From a plasmid: a stretch of DNA of 64,000 bases. Below, piece by piece: positions 38,742 through 47,533 of the stretch. How positions within the stretch are numbered: position 1 is the stretch's first letter; every line of letters begins with the position of its first letter. A program made the translations under genes and the position numbers. The DNA lies in the sequence record NZ_CP081675.1; one strand, written 5' to 3'. The notes beneath the pieces were generated by a model. It did not search any database and had not been told where the DNA came from. It saw only the letters and a program-made list of their open reading frames with translations.

Positions 38742-40130
38742 ATGTTTGATCCGTACGCCCAACCGTATAAGCGCCCGCCACGTACCGGGCCGTACTGCGG
38801 CTTCGTGGAGCGCGAGGACCCGCAGACGCGTCGCAAGTTTTATGTTCCGGCTGAAACTGACAGCCATATATGGGTACTCGGCAGGACGGGGGCCGGCAAG
38901 ACCACTTTGGTGTTGGCGCCGATGGCGATCGCACATCAGGGTCCTGCGTTCATCGTTTCCTCGAAAGACGATCTGCTTCAGTGGATACTGCCGTACCGGC
39001 CGGGCCCATCCAAGCTCATTGATCTGCGGACTGTCCGCAATCCGATGTATCCGAAGGATGTCGAGCCGGTGCGGTTCGATCCGACTACGTCCATACAAAG
39101 TGTTGATGATGCGTATACGACGGCCTCGACGCTGCTGCAGATGGCTTCTACTGCCTATGGCGCGGGCGCACAGCAGGTTACTGACGGAGGCACGTGGGAG
39201 TCGCTAGGTGAAGGCCCGCTGGCAGCGTTTTTGTATGCGGCCTCGCCGGCACAAACGAATCTGGGGATGCGATGGGTTCTGCAGGCAATTCAGAAACCCA
39301 TCTTGTTCGAGGATGACCCCCAAGATACGCCGTCATGGGCAATGGCGGCCGAGCTCGTCAATGTTCCCGAGTTGAAGGCTGAGGTCGATCACGCCGCTGA
39401 TATGGATCCCAGACAACGCGATTCCATCTTGTTCTCGTTGTCGAAAGCCACTCGTGCATGGTTGCGGATGGCGTTGCGTGAGCAGCCGGAGGGTGCGTTC
39501 ACTCCGGAGTTTCTCGATGACCCGACCGCCACGGTGTACGTGATGGCGCCGGGCAACGGTACAACCGCCCCCGCAGCGGTGACGTTGATTGAGCAGCTTG
39601 TGGAGCGGTGGCGGGAGAAGACCTCCCAGTGGGAGGATCTGAGCCGCCTGCTGGGTGTGATCGATGAGGCACCGAATACCGCCCCGATGCCCCGGCAGGC
39701 CAATTACGTCGGTGAGGCAAGGGGTTTGGGCGCCAACTTGGTGATTGCGCAGCAGGCAAGCAATCAGACCGATATCACCCACGGCCCCATTTACACGGAA
39801 GTGCTGCGCAAGATTTTTCCGGCGGTGTGTGTGATGCACGGAGCAGCCGAGCAGGAGCTGCTGCGGGCGGCCGCCGAAGAGCGTGGGGTGCAGCATCGTC
39901 GCGGTGAAGCTCAGAGTGTCGAGGGCGGCCGCAACCAGTCGGGGCGCCTGGAGCAGGAAGTCGAATGGCAGGAGTTGATGTCACGCAACCCTGACAAGGC
40001 ACGGCTGCTGCTGCGAGGCACGGTGGGCCAAGAGGTCTATCTGCCGCACGTGACAGAGTTCGTGGCGAAATTCTGGCCCAAGATGGCCCAGAATCGAAAT
40101 GTACCGGTCAGACCGGCGGCAGTAGGCTGA
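38742..40130 (+). CDS. type IV coupling-protein-like ATPase (VirD4/TraG/TcpA type, no N-terminal TM)
   Basis: Walker A VLGRTGAGKTT and Walker B VIDEAPN; 462 aa. Confidence 0.55.
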   Translation: MFDPYAQPYKRPPRTGPYCGFVEREDPQTRRKFYVPAETDSHIWVLGRTGAGKTTLVLAPMAIAHQGPAFIVSSKDDLLQWILPYRPGPSKLIDLRTVRNPMYPKDVEPVRFDPTTSIQSVDDAYTTASTLLQMASTAYGAGAQQVTDGGTWESLGEGPLAAFLYAASPAQTNLGMRWVLQAIQKPILFEDDPQDTPSWAMAAELVNVPELKAEVDHAADMDPRQRDSILFSLSKATRAWLRMALREQPEGAFTPEFLDDPTATVYVMAPGNGTTAPAAVTLIEQLVERWREKTSQWEDLSRLLGVIDEAPNTAPMPRQANYVGEARGLGANLVIAQQASNQTDITHGPIYTEVLRKIFPAVCVMHGAAEQELLRAAAEERGVQHRRGEAQSVEGGRNQSGRLEQEVEWQELMSRNPDKARLLLRGTVGQEVYLPHVTEFVAKFWPKMAQNRNVPVRPAAVG

Positions 40131-40134
40131 CCCC

Positions 40135-41667
40135 ATGTTGCGGGTCGACACCGATGCTCTGGTGGCCGTCGCGCGGTCACTGGAAAAGACGGCAGTAGGG
40201 CTGCTCGCCGACGGTGGGGCAGTACATCCGCCGCTGGCTGCCGATGCGGCCTCGGTGACCGCAGCGACGCGCTTCACTCATCGTGCCATGGCGTTGTCGA
40301 GTGATATCCGCAATGGTGCGCGGGGGCTGCTGTCGTCCGCGGCGACATTGCGGGCCATCGCGGGCAACTACGAGGAGACCGACGAGGAGATCGCGCGCGC
40401 ACACGCAGTGCTGCAGATGCCGCGTACCGGGGCAGGGCAGGTTCCGCACGTGGAACCAATACCGGCGCGCGAAAACCGGGCGCAGGTACCGATGCCTGCC
40501 CCGGTTCCGCGGCCCGGTGAGGTGGTGGCGGCGACGTTCCATACCGGAGATGCCTCGCGTGGTGCGGGGTTCATCTCGCAGATGCAGGCCACCGCCGATC
40601 ACGCGGAATTGGCCTCGGCCGAAACGCGTTCAGCCGTGCGGGTGTTGGACTCAGCATGGAAATCTCCTGTCTCGGCCGCACCGGCGATCGAGCATCTGTC
40701 GAATCAGTCCCGGTTTTTGGGGTTGGTGGCTTCAGATCACCGTGAGACGGCTGCCTCGGCATCCCAGCACGCCCAGAACTTCGATGCGCACAAGAGTCGC
40801 GCTGATTCCCCGCAGGATTTCGAACGGCTGCGGGCACAGATAGCGCAGGTAGAGGCCGCGAACAACACCCCTCCCAATGTCGGACGTTACAGCGGACTAC
40901 TGAAATCGCTCAACGATCAGCTCACTGAGATGGAGCAACGCAACCAAAAGAACGGGGCCGAGTATCACGAGGGCGCCGACGACGGGTCGCAGGCTGATCC
41001 GCCCTCGGATGAGGCTATGGACATGGGGCAGGCGGCAGGTTTAGCGGCCGCACTCCCGGGGATGATGGCCTCGCTCGCTGCCGGCATTGTCGGGGCGGTC
41101 GGCGGCCTGGCCGCCAAGGTGCCTGAAGCGGCGGGACAAGCCGCCACACAGGCAGTTTCGGGTATTGGGTCGGCGATGGGTGCCGCCCAAAAGGGTTCGG
41201 GGCGTTTGAAGATGCCGTCCTGGGATGAGCCCGGGGTCGGCGGTCTGGGTGGTGGTGAGGGTTCTGGTGGCGGTACCGCGCCTGCCGGCGGGCTGTCCCC
41301 GGCGCCGGGCGTGCAGACCCCGCCGGCGGGCGGCCTGGACACGTCCCGCGCCGCGGTTGCCCCGCATCCGTTGCCCGCGGCGGCGCCGGCACCTGCCGGC
41401 AGCGGGGGGATGGGGATGGCACCCATGGGGGGCATGGGCCCGATGGGTGCAGGTGGCGGCGCGGGGGAGAAGGACAAGGGCGGCAAAGAGCACAAAATTT
41501 TGGTGCGGGCGCCGCGCAACTCCGAGCCGGTCAAGGGAGTGCTGCAGCCAACAGGGCAGGACCGCCAGCAATCTGAGGCCAATGAACCTGCAGGGGAGAA
41601 TGGTCAGCCAGAAGGCACGCGGCGGATCGTGCTCGGCAGCCGTAAGGCAAAACCCGCTGACCAGTGA
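40135..41667 (+). CDS. PE-like N-terminal domain protein with YxxxD motif and Gly/Ala/Pro-rich C-terminus (putative ESX substrate, Esp-like)
   Basis: Helix-turn-helix Ala-rich N-terminal ~95 aa ending in NYEETDEE (Y-x3-D); long GGxGG low-complexity tail. Confidence 0.45.
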   Translation: MLRVDTDALVAVARSLEKTAVGLLADGGAVHPPLAADAASVTAATRFTHRAMALSSDIRNGARGLLSSAATLRAIAGNYEETDEEIARAHAVLQMPRTGAGQVPHVEPIPARENRAQVPMPAPVPRPGEVVAATFHTGDASRGAGFISQMQATADHAELASAETRSAVRVLDSAWKSPVSAAPAIEHLSNQSRFLGLVASDHRETAASASQHAQNFDAHKSRADSPQDFERLRAQIAQVEAANNTPPNVGRYSGLLKSLNDQLTEMEQRNQKNGAEYHEGADDGSQADPPSDEAMDMGQAAGLAAALPGMMASLAAGIVGAVGGLAAKVPEAAGQAATQAVSGIGSAMGAAQKGSGRLKMPSWDEPGVGGLGGGEGSGGGTAPAGGLSPAPGVQTPPAGGLDTSRAAVAPHPLPAAAPAPAGSGGMGMAPMGGMGPMGAGGGAGEKDKGGKEHKILVRAPRNSEPVKGVLQPTGQDRQQSEANEPAGENGQPEGTRRIVLGSRKAKPADQ

Positions 41668-41688
41668 CAACGGTCAATCTCGGGGGGA

Positions 41689-42090
41689 TTGTACACAGGG
41701 GCAAAGCCCTTTGTAGACAACCAGCGGGGGCCGTGTTTGGATCATTTTGTGGAGATTCCGGATCTACCTTCCTCCGAGGCGCTACGTCGACTGCCACCGG
41801 AACAGCGAGTGATGGCGACCCAGGCAAAGCTGCAGCGGGTGCAGGAAGTGTTCAAGAGCAAGCGTCAGGAACTCGACTCGTTAACCTCTGATGCCGGCAC
41901 CAGTGACGGTCTGGTGCACCTGGAAATCCACGGTGACGGTCAGTGGAAGCGGTTCACCTTGCATCCGGCGGTGGCCGCCCGTCTGACCAACATCGAGCTT
42001 GAAGAGATCATGAACGAAATCTTCACCGTGGTCAACGAGGACGCACGCAGTCAGTGGGCACAATGCCTGTCTTTCGACAGGCCGGCCTAG
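41689..42090 (+). CDS. hypothetical protein
   Basis: 133 aa ORF. Confidence 0.3.
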   Translation: MYTGAKPFVDNQRGPCLDHFVEIPDLPSSEALRRLPPEQRVMATQAKLQRVQEVFKSKRQELDSLTSDAGTSDGLVHLEIHGDGQWKRFTLHPAVAARLTNIELEEIMNEIFTVVNEDARSQWAQCLSFDRPA

Positions 42091-42097
42091 CGTAAAA

Positions 42098-42604
42098 ATG
42101 GGGGGACTTATGACTGACACAGACCGAAGTGGTCCGGCTGAACGCTGTGTTGAGTACCTCTGTGTCAACAATGCTGGCGACGCGCTGATCCTTGTCACCA
42201 CCGATGGCAACTACAGGAACTTCCGGCTGTACGTGGGAAGCCTAGGGGCTGAGATGCGTGAGGTCACAGTGTTCGATGCGGAGCGGATGCGTGACGGGGG
42301 AACGACCTGGATCTTCACTGCCGAAGGTACTTTCTTCGCGCCGTCCCCGCTCCGCCCGCCGGAGTGGGGACTAGGCTCAGACGGCTCTTGTGTTTGGCCA
42401 ACGGCAGACTTAGTGGGGGACACATGGGGATTGCCAACCGCCGATACGTTCCGGCCGCCCTTGCCGTTACCCAGCCCCGAGTCCTTCAAACTGGTTGACC
42501 GCGCGGTGTATGTCGATGTGGGATCCGCCACCGACGATCGAATCCTCATTGAACGCGCACAGACGGCTCTCGCGGCCGGTCACAGTAGGAGAGACAACGC
42601 ATGA
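42098..42604 (+). CDS. hypothetical protein
   Basis: 168 aa; ATGA overlap with next gene. Confidence 0.35.
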   Translation: MGGLMTDTDRSGPAERCVEYLCVNNAGDALILVTTDGNYRNFRLYVGSLGAEMREVTVFDAERMRDGGTTWIFTAEGTFFAPSPLRPPEWGLGSDGSCVWPTADLVGDTWGLPTADTFRPPLPLPSPESFKLVDRAVYVDVGSATDDRILIERAQTALAAGHSRRDNA

Positions 42605-42981
42605 CGCACGCCGCCCCCACCGGTATCGAAGCGGCCCTCAGGCTCGTTCCGCCCCTGTGGGGTGTGCACGGTTGGTCGCTCGCTCGCAGCGAGCAGAACG
42701 GCGATGTGACATGGGCGTTGGCCGTGATCGCGCAGGGCACTGTGTCCTCACCGGAGCATCTGCTTCTGTTTTACCGCGGCGCCTACATTGGGACCGCCAC
42801 CGCGGATCCGCGCCCGTACACGCGTGTTCTCGACGTCACCGGTGATGTGGTGACGGTGGAGTATCGATGGCCTCTGGGCGAGGAGCCGTTGGCGGCACCG
42901 GCTGGTGTGGGCACCGTCCGTTACGAGGTCAGCGCCCAGGGGGTACGGCCGTTGGACGCACCGCCGTGGCCGCAGCCATGA
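42601..42981 (+). CDS. hypothetical protein
   Basis: 126 aa; translationally coupled to upstream ORF. Confidence 0.35.
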   Translation: MTHAAPTGIEAALRLVPPLWGVHGWSLARSEQNGDVTWALAVIAQGTVSSPEHLLLFYRGAYIGTATADPRPYTRVLDVTGDVVTVEYRWPLGEEPLAAPAGVGTVRYEVSAQGVRPLDAPPWPQP

Positions 42982-43229
42982 GCCGCAAGTACGGCGCGTT
43001 CACCGCTGAGTGCGGCGACGACGTTGGGCGGCCTCGCGGTATTCGCGGAGATCTACGCGAAACTCGTGGGCGAGGAAGACCAGCAACCGGACTAGTACGG
43101 CAACCGCGGCGATCATTGCCAGCAGCCACATCGTGGCGATGAGGACGTCGGTGTCAGACAGCTCGGCGAGGCGGCTCATAAGGGCTAGGGTACTTGGCTT
43201 CAACGTTGTCCGGCCGATGCGCCATCAAG

Positions 43230-43805
43230 TCAGATTCGCGGTGTGTGATCCCGCGCTTCCATGATTTGGAACGTTTCGATCTCGGCTTCGGGCCGCTTCA
43301 ACGGTAGCCAGTCTTGGCTTTCGGGTATGGCTAGCCAGCCTTCGAGGATGCCGTAGCCGGCGGCGATGAGTAGGGCTGCGGGGATTTGCCAGATCAGCCA
43401 CGGCACCACCAGGACGCCGAGCACGCTCATGGGCGGGTCGTAGAACATCGGCAGCGCGATGCCGGTGAGTGCTGCGAGTCCGAACAGCATGGCTAGCGGG
43501 TAGGCGTAGAGGCGCTGTGGGATAAGGGACACAAGGTAATTGGATAGAACCCGGGCGATGGCCCAGCCGACCGGCGCTACGGCTGCGAGCACTAGCACTG
43601 CTGCACCTTCGGCGTAGTCGGCGGGGGTGTTCCATTGGCGCTGCCAGATGGTGGGGGTGATTTCGTCTTCGTGCTGATCGGGGGACGGTGTGAACTCGTT
43701 GCGGCGGCGGCGCCGCAGCGACCGGCCGAGTAGTTCGGCGCGGCGGTGCTGCATGAGGAAGGGCCCTTGGTTGTGCATGATCCATTCACGCCGTAGGTCA
43801 TCGAC
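43230..43805 (-). CDS. hypothetical membrane protein (start set at internal Met; upstream ORF part looks non-coding)
   Basis: C-terminal 190 aa has 4 TM helices; N-terminal 110 aa of the long ORF is Arg/Pro-rich junk and overlaps 43826..44314. Confidence 0.3.
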   Translation of the reverse strand, partial: VDDLRREWIMHNQGPFLMQHRRAELLGRSLRRRRRNEFTPSPDQHEDEITPTIWQRQWNTPADYAEGAAVLVLAAVAPVGWAIARVLSNYLVSLIPQRLYAYPLAMLFGLAALTGIALPMFYDPPMSVLGVLVVPWLIWQIPAALLIAAGYGILEGWLAIPESQDWLPLKRPEAEIETFQIMEARDHTPRI

Positions 43806-43825
43806 GTGTTGGGTACAGGTGCGCA

Positions 43826-44314
43826 TCAGGGAATCCAATCGTGAGAATGCTGCAGTGTGTGGTGCAGCTGGGTCATGAGGCGCTGGGAGTTTGTCAAGTA
43901 GTCGTGTGCGGCTTGGAGGCTCTCGCGCATCTGGTTGGTGGTGTGTGCGGCTGGGTATTGGTCCACGGCGGCATAGGTTTTGGTGATCGCCTCGCTGATG
44001 TGGTCGGCGTCTTGGCGGATTTGGTTGTTGAGTTGGGTTGCCTGGCATAGCAAGGTGTGCAGGGGCCCTGGGAAGTCCAGCGGTACGGGCACGGTGCCGT
44101 CGCGGGCTGCACGCATTGTCGAGCCGGGTGGCCATTGGAGTGCGTTGTCGATGCGTAGGGCCATGCGCTGTGTGAGCGTTCGTTGGCCTGCGAAGACTTT
44201 CGCCATGTGTGAGCGTGATGGCCCGCCTAGGGCGGCTAGATCACCGCGCCGGCAACCCATCGCCATCAGTCGACGGCCGATGTACTGATCCAGACGGGCG
44301 TCGACAGTGAGCAC
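43826..44314 (-). CDS. XRE-like HTH protein
   Basis: N-terminal HTH-like LAALGGPSRSHMAKVFAGQRTLTQRMALRIDNAL. Confidence 0.3.
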   Translation of the reverse strand: MLTVDARLDQYIGRRLMAMGCRRGDLAALGGPSRSHMAKVFAGQRTLTQRMALRIDNALQWPPGSTMRAARDGTVPVPLDFPGPLHTLLCQATQLNNQIRQDADHISEAITKTYAAVDQYPAAHTTNQMRESLQAAHDYLTNSQRLMTQLHHTLQHSHDWIP

Positions 44315-44379
44315 AATTCGAGCCTATCGCCGCTTTGGCGCAGTTCAACTTCACCTGAACCGGGCTTACGATCCGAACT

Positions 44380-44778
44380 ATGTGGAAGGTTCTGTTGTCG
44401 ATCTTCATCTTTGGGGCCATCGCAGGGCCGTTGATCGCGTTGGTTTTGGGTGCGGTGACGGTGCTGATTGTCATGGTCGTGTCTGTGGTGGGGGCGGTGT
44501 GTGCGCTGATGTGGGCCGGCACCAAGGGGGTATGGCGCTGGGCTGGGGCTCAGCCCATATCCGCGACAGACTCAGCGCGACGTGATGTACCGGCCGAAGA
44601 CGTGCCGCTGGTGGGTCCGCGTTACCGCGGCGCGGAGCTCGCCGACATGCCAGGCCCTGATGCATCGGGGAAGGACGCGGATGAGTCGATTTTCGAGCAG
44701 TACCGGCGCCGGCATCCGGGCGGCGGTGTGGGTCGCGCCCTGGTGCTCGATACCCGCGCCTACCCGAAGACGCCATGA
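44380..44778 (+). CDS. small membrane protein
   Basis: 132 aa, two TM helices; overlaps next gene by 4 nt. Confidence 0.35.
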   Translation: MWKVLLSIFIFGAIAGPLIALVLGAVTVLIVMVVSVVGAVCALMWAGTKGVWRWAGAQPISATDSARRDVPAEDVPLVGPRYRGAELADMPGPDASGKDADESIFEQYRRRHPGGGVGRALVLDTRAYPKTP

Positions 44779-45806
44779 GCGAGACCGATGCACAGTTCTT
44801 GCGGCGCATCTACCCGGAGGCCGCCGCCGGGGATAGCCGCGACGACGACATTGTGATCCTTGACGAGGACCAGCTCGAGGCGAGTGCTGACGAGAACGTG
44901 CCGACAGCAGATGACGACGATGACCAGGATTTCGGGGACCGGTTTTCCACTGTAGCCATCGAGCAATCCGAGATCGAGAAACCTGCGGGCAGGCAGCAGG
45001 ATTCAGATGAGGACAGCACGGTCAATGGGCGTACCAAGACCACCTTGGCGGTGTTGGGCGGTGTCGGTGTGTTTGTGGCCGTGGTGATCATCGTGATGGT
45101 CAATGTGTTGAGCAAAGATACTGCGGCTGTGGCCGCACCCGAACCTCAGCGCAGGGTCAACGTCGCCGGTTCTGTGACGACACCGCCGGTTTCGGCGACT
45201 GAGTCCGCCAGCACGGACCGGTCCATGCCTTTCGAGGCTTCCGCCGACTGCGGGGAAGGCTCGACGACAGCACGCAACGTCGAAGATCCCACCGGCGACA
45301 GCGCGTGGGTGTGTTACGGGCCGGGGCTGGGACTGGGGCAGCCGATCGATTTGAAGTTCTCCGATGACATCACCGCGGTGGCGATCAAGCTGGCGCCGGG
45401 CTGGCTGGCCAAACGCCCGGGCGGCAAGGAGGAGTGGGGCCAGCACCGCATCATCACCAAGATCCGGTGGTGGTTCATGAACGATGTCAAGGGCCGCTAT
45501 GTCGACCAGGACACCAAGAACGTGAAAGGCATTGCGACGGTGCCGGTGGAGAACATCCGCACTCGCTGGATTCGGGGAATCGTGGTGCAGACTTCCCGGC
45601 CGCCCACAGATCAGGTGCCGCAGAACTCGGCACCCTCGGGTGGCGGAATTTTCGGGGGCTTGTTCGGCCCGGACGGGTCGAGTTCACCGGGTAGCCCAGG
45701 TACCGGGGATGCACCTAACGCTTCCTCGGATCCGGGCTTGCGCGATGCGATCGATCAGTCGTTCGCGACCAGCCGGATCGAGGTGATAGGCCATGTTCCG
45801 AACTGA
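44775..45806 (+). CDS. acidic N-terminus / single TM / extracytoplasmic domain protein (conjugation-associated?)
   Basis: 343 aa; Asp-rich N-term, TM LAVLGGVGVFVAVVIIVMVNVL. Confidence 0.4.
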   Translation: MSETDAQFLRRIYPEAAAGDSRDDDIVILDEDQLEASADENVPTADDDDDQDFGDRFSTVAIEQSEIEKPAGRQQDSDEDSTVNGRTKTTLAVLGGVGVFVAVVIIVMVNVLSKDTAAVAAPEPQRRVNVAGSVTTPPVSATESASTDRSMPFEASADCGEGSTTARNVEDPTGDSAWVCYGPGLGLGQPIDLKFSDDITAVAIKLAPGWLAKRPGGKEEWGQHRIITKIRWWFMNDVKGRYVDQDTKNVKGIATVPVENIRTRWIRGIVVQTSRPPTDQVPQNSAPSGGGIFGGLFGPDGSSSPGSPGTGDAPNASSDPGLRDAIDQSFATSRIEVIGHVPN

Positions 45807-45853
45807 GAATGTGGTGTGTAGAGATTTGCCGGACGGCATGAGGGAATAGTGGC

Positions 45854-46810
45854 ATGACGCGGACCTGGAAGAACCGTTTCAAACTGTTCGGTAAAGTTGT
45901 TGGGATTCTGCTGGCCATTTATTTGAGCTTTTGCACGATAGTTGCTGGCACGTCCACTACATGGAGCTGGATACGTCCGCCTGAGGGTCCGAATGTGCGG
46001 GGTATCTCTCAGACGACATCGAACGAGAGCGCGGTGGCCACCGCCTGGGCGATCGAGTGCTTTGCGCTGTTTAAAATCGCCACTACCGCGGAGCGGGACT
46101 TGCTCAAAGATTGCTTTCCTTTGCCTGACGATTACGCGCTGCCGGAGACCCCGAAGATCTTCATCACGACGCCGCTGGCGTTGACGACGCTGGAAGACAA
46201 GCGCCAGTCCACCAGTACCGCGCAGCTGTACACCGTGTTCTTGACGACGCTGGAGCGCCCGTACGCGGGGGCTGCTGCTAAGCGTGCCTATTACGCCGTG
46301 CCGGTCAGCGTGGTGGATCACGGTCCGGCTGGTGTCAGCCTTCCAGAGCGTCTCGGGGGGCCGCCGGCTGGGGTCAGGTTGGCAACGCTCTACAGCTACG
46401 CAGTGACAACCCCTGATGTGAAGACGGGCAAGGGCGGAGCCCCGCTGGCCACCGATCTGGCGGGATTCTTCACGGTGTTCCTCACAACCAGCGATGCAGG
46501 GCAGCTGGCCCATTACGTCACCGGGACCGCCCAGATTGGGCCTCTGGGGGCCTATCAAACGGCGTTCTTGACCAAACTCGAAGCTACTCAACCGATTCCG
46601 GACAACCCCGTTGAGGGTACCGAACGGCAGGTGCTGGCTCAGGTGACAGTGCAAACCGAACAAGTGTTGGACTGGCCCATGACCTACCCGTTGACAGTCA
46701 CTTTCACCAAGGGCGCTTGGGCCGTGTCGCGCTTGGACTACATGCCGCTGGTCGACGTAAGCGCAGACGCCATCGAATCCGCGGCATCCTCACCGACCTC
46801 TACCCGATAG
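45854..46810 (+). CDS. VirB8/TcpC-like protein with N-terminal TM and duplicated domain
   Basis: TM helix then two repeats containing YTVFLTT / FTVFLTT; architecture like tandem NTF2-like domains of Gram-positive VirB8 homologues. Confidence 0.4.
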   Translation: MTRTWKNRFKLFGKVVGILLAIYLSFCTIVAGTSTTWSWIRPPEGPNVRGISQTTSNESAVATAWAIECFALFKIATTAERDLLKDCFPLPDDYALPETPKIFITTPLALTTLEDKRQSTSTAQLYTVFLTTLERPYAGAAAKRAYYAVPVSVVDHGPAGVSLPERLGGPPAGVRLATLYSYAVTTPDVKTGKGGAPLATDLAGFFTVFLTTSDAGQLAHYVTGTAQIGPLGAYQTAFLTKLEATQPIPDNPVEGTERQVLAQVTVQTEQVLDWPMTYPLTVTFTKGAWAVSRLDYMPLVDVSADAIESAASSPTSTR

Positions 46811-46821
46811 GAGAATTCCTG

Positions 46822-47127
46822 ATGACTACCCAGATTCTTGCGGCGGTGAACCCGTTCTCGTTCATACAGAGCACGGCGGTGCAGGTCGTGATCACCGGCG
46901 TGTCGGTGGTTTTCGCTGTCGGTGCAGTGGTGACGGTGAAGAGCATGATGAGCAGGCATGGAGGTATTGGCGCCGCGGTGGCATCAGCACTCGGGGTGAT
47001 CTTGGTGGCGTGCATTGTGGGCGCGGGTTGGGGTGCTTACAGCCTGCTGGGCGGCTGGCTCAATAGCCAAGGTGTTCGGACGGTGCAAGTGGTTCCGCCC
47101 GGCGGCGGCACCCCGTACGGCAGCTAA
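46822..47127 (+). CDS. small two-TM membrane protein (pilin/VirB2-like position)
   Basis: 101 aa from ATG with GGAGA RBS; two hydrophobic helices. Confidence 0.35.
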   Translation: MTTQILAAVNPFSFIQSTAVQVVITGVSVVFAVGAVVTVKSMMSRHGGIGAAVASALGVILVACIVGAGWGAYSLLGGWLNSQGVRTVQVVPPGGGTPYGS

Positions 47128-47139
47128 GGACTTCTCGTT

Positions 47140-47493
47140 ATGGCGCAAGAGGATTCAGCGCAGCTGTTCAGCTCGTTTCGGGATGTCCCGATATCGATCT
47201 CGGAGTCGGACTCGTTCAAGATCCCTCTGGGGCCATGGGGCCCAGTGGATCTGGTCATCGGTGTCCTAGGTTTTGCCTGGACTGTGTTCTGGGTGATCAT
47301 CAACCTCGATAACGATCCCCTGACTAAGGGCATTTTCAGTGTCATGATCTCGGCGGGCGCGGTGGCGGCGGCACGGCAGATCAAGAAGGGCCGGCCGCCT
47401 CTGCTCACGCGGTTCGTGTGGATGGTGCGCCGCTGGTTCCCTCAAATCGTCGACACGGGCGACGGAATCTACAAGAAACCGTTACGAAAGTAG
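47140..47493 (+). CDS. small membrane protein immediately upstream of VirB4-like gene (VirB3-like position)
   Basis: 117 aa, one or two TM helices. Confidence 0.35.
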   Translation: MAQEDSAQLFSSFRDVPISISESDSFKIPLGPWGPVDLVIGVLGFAWTVFWVIINLDNDPLTKGIFSVMISAGAVAAARQIKKGRPPLLTRFVWMVRRWFPQIVDTGDGIYKKPLRK

Positions 47494-47533
47494 CTCTGTA
47501 GCACTTCGGGCATACCGGGGTTAGCGTCTATTT

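Noticed and set aside
43230-44135. Full 301-aa minus ORF
   Set aside because: Its first ~110 aa are Arg/Pro-rich and overlap the better HTH ORF 43826..44314; only the TM-rich C-terminal part was kept
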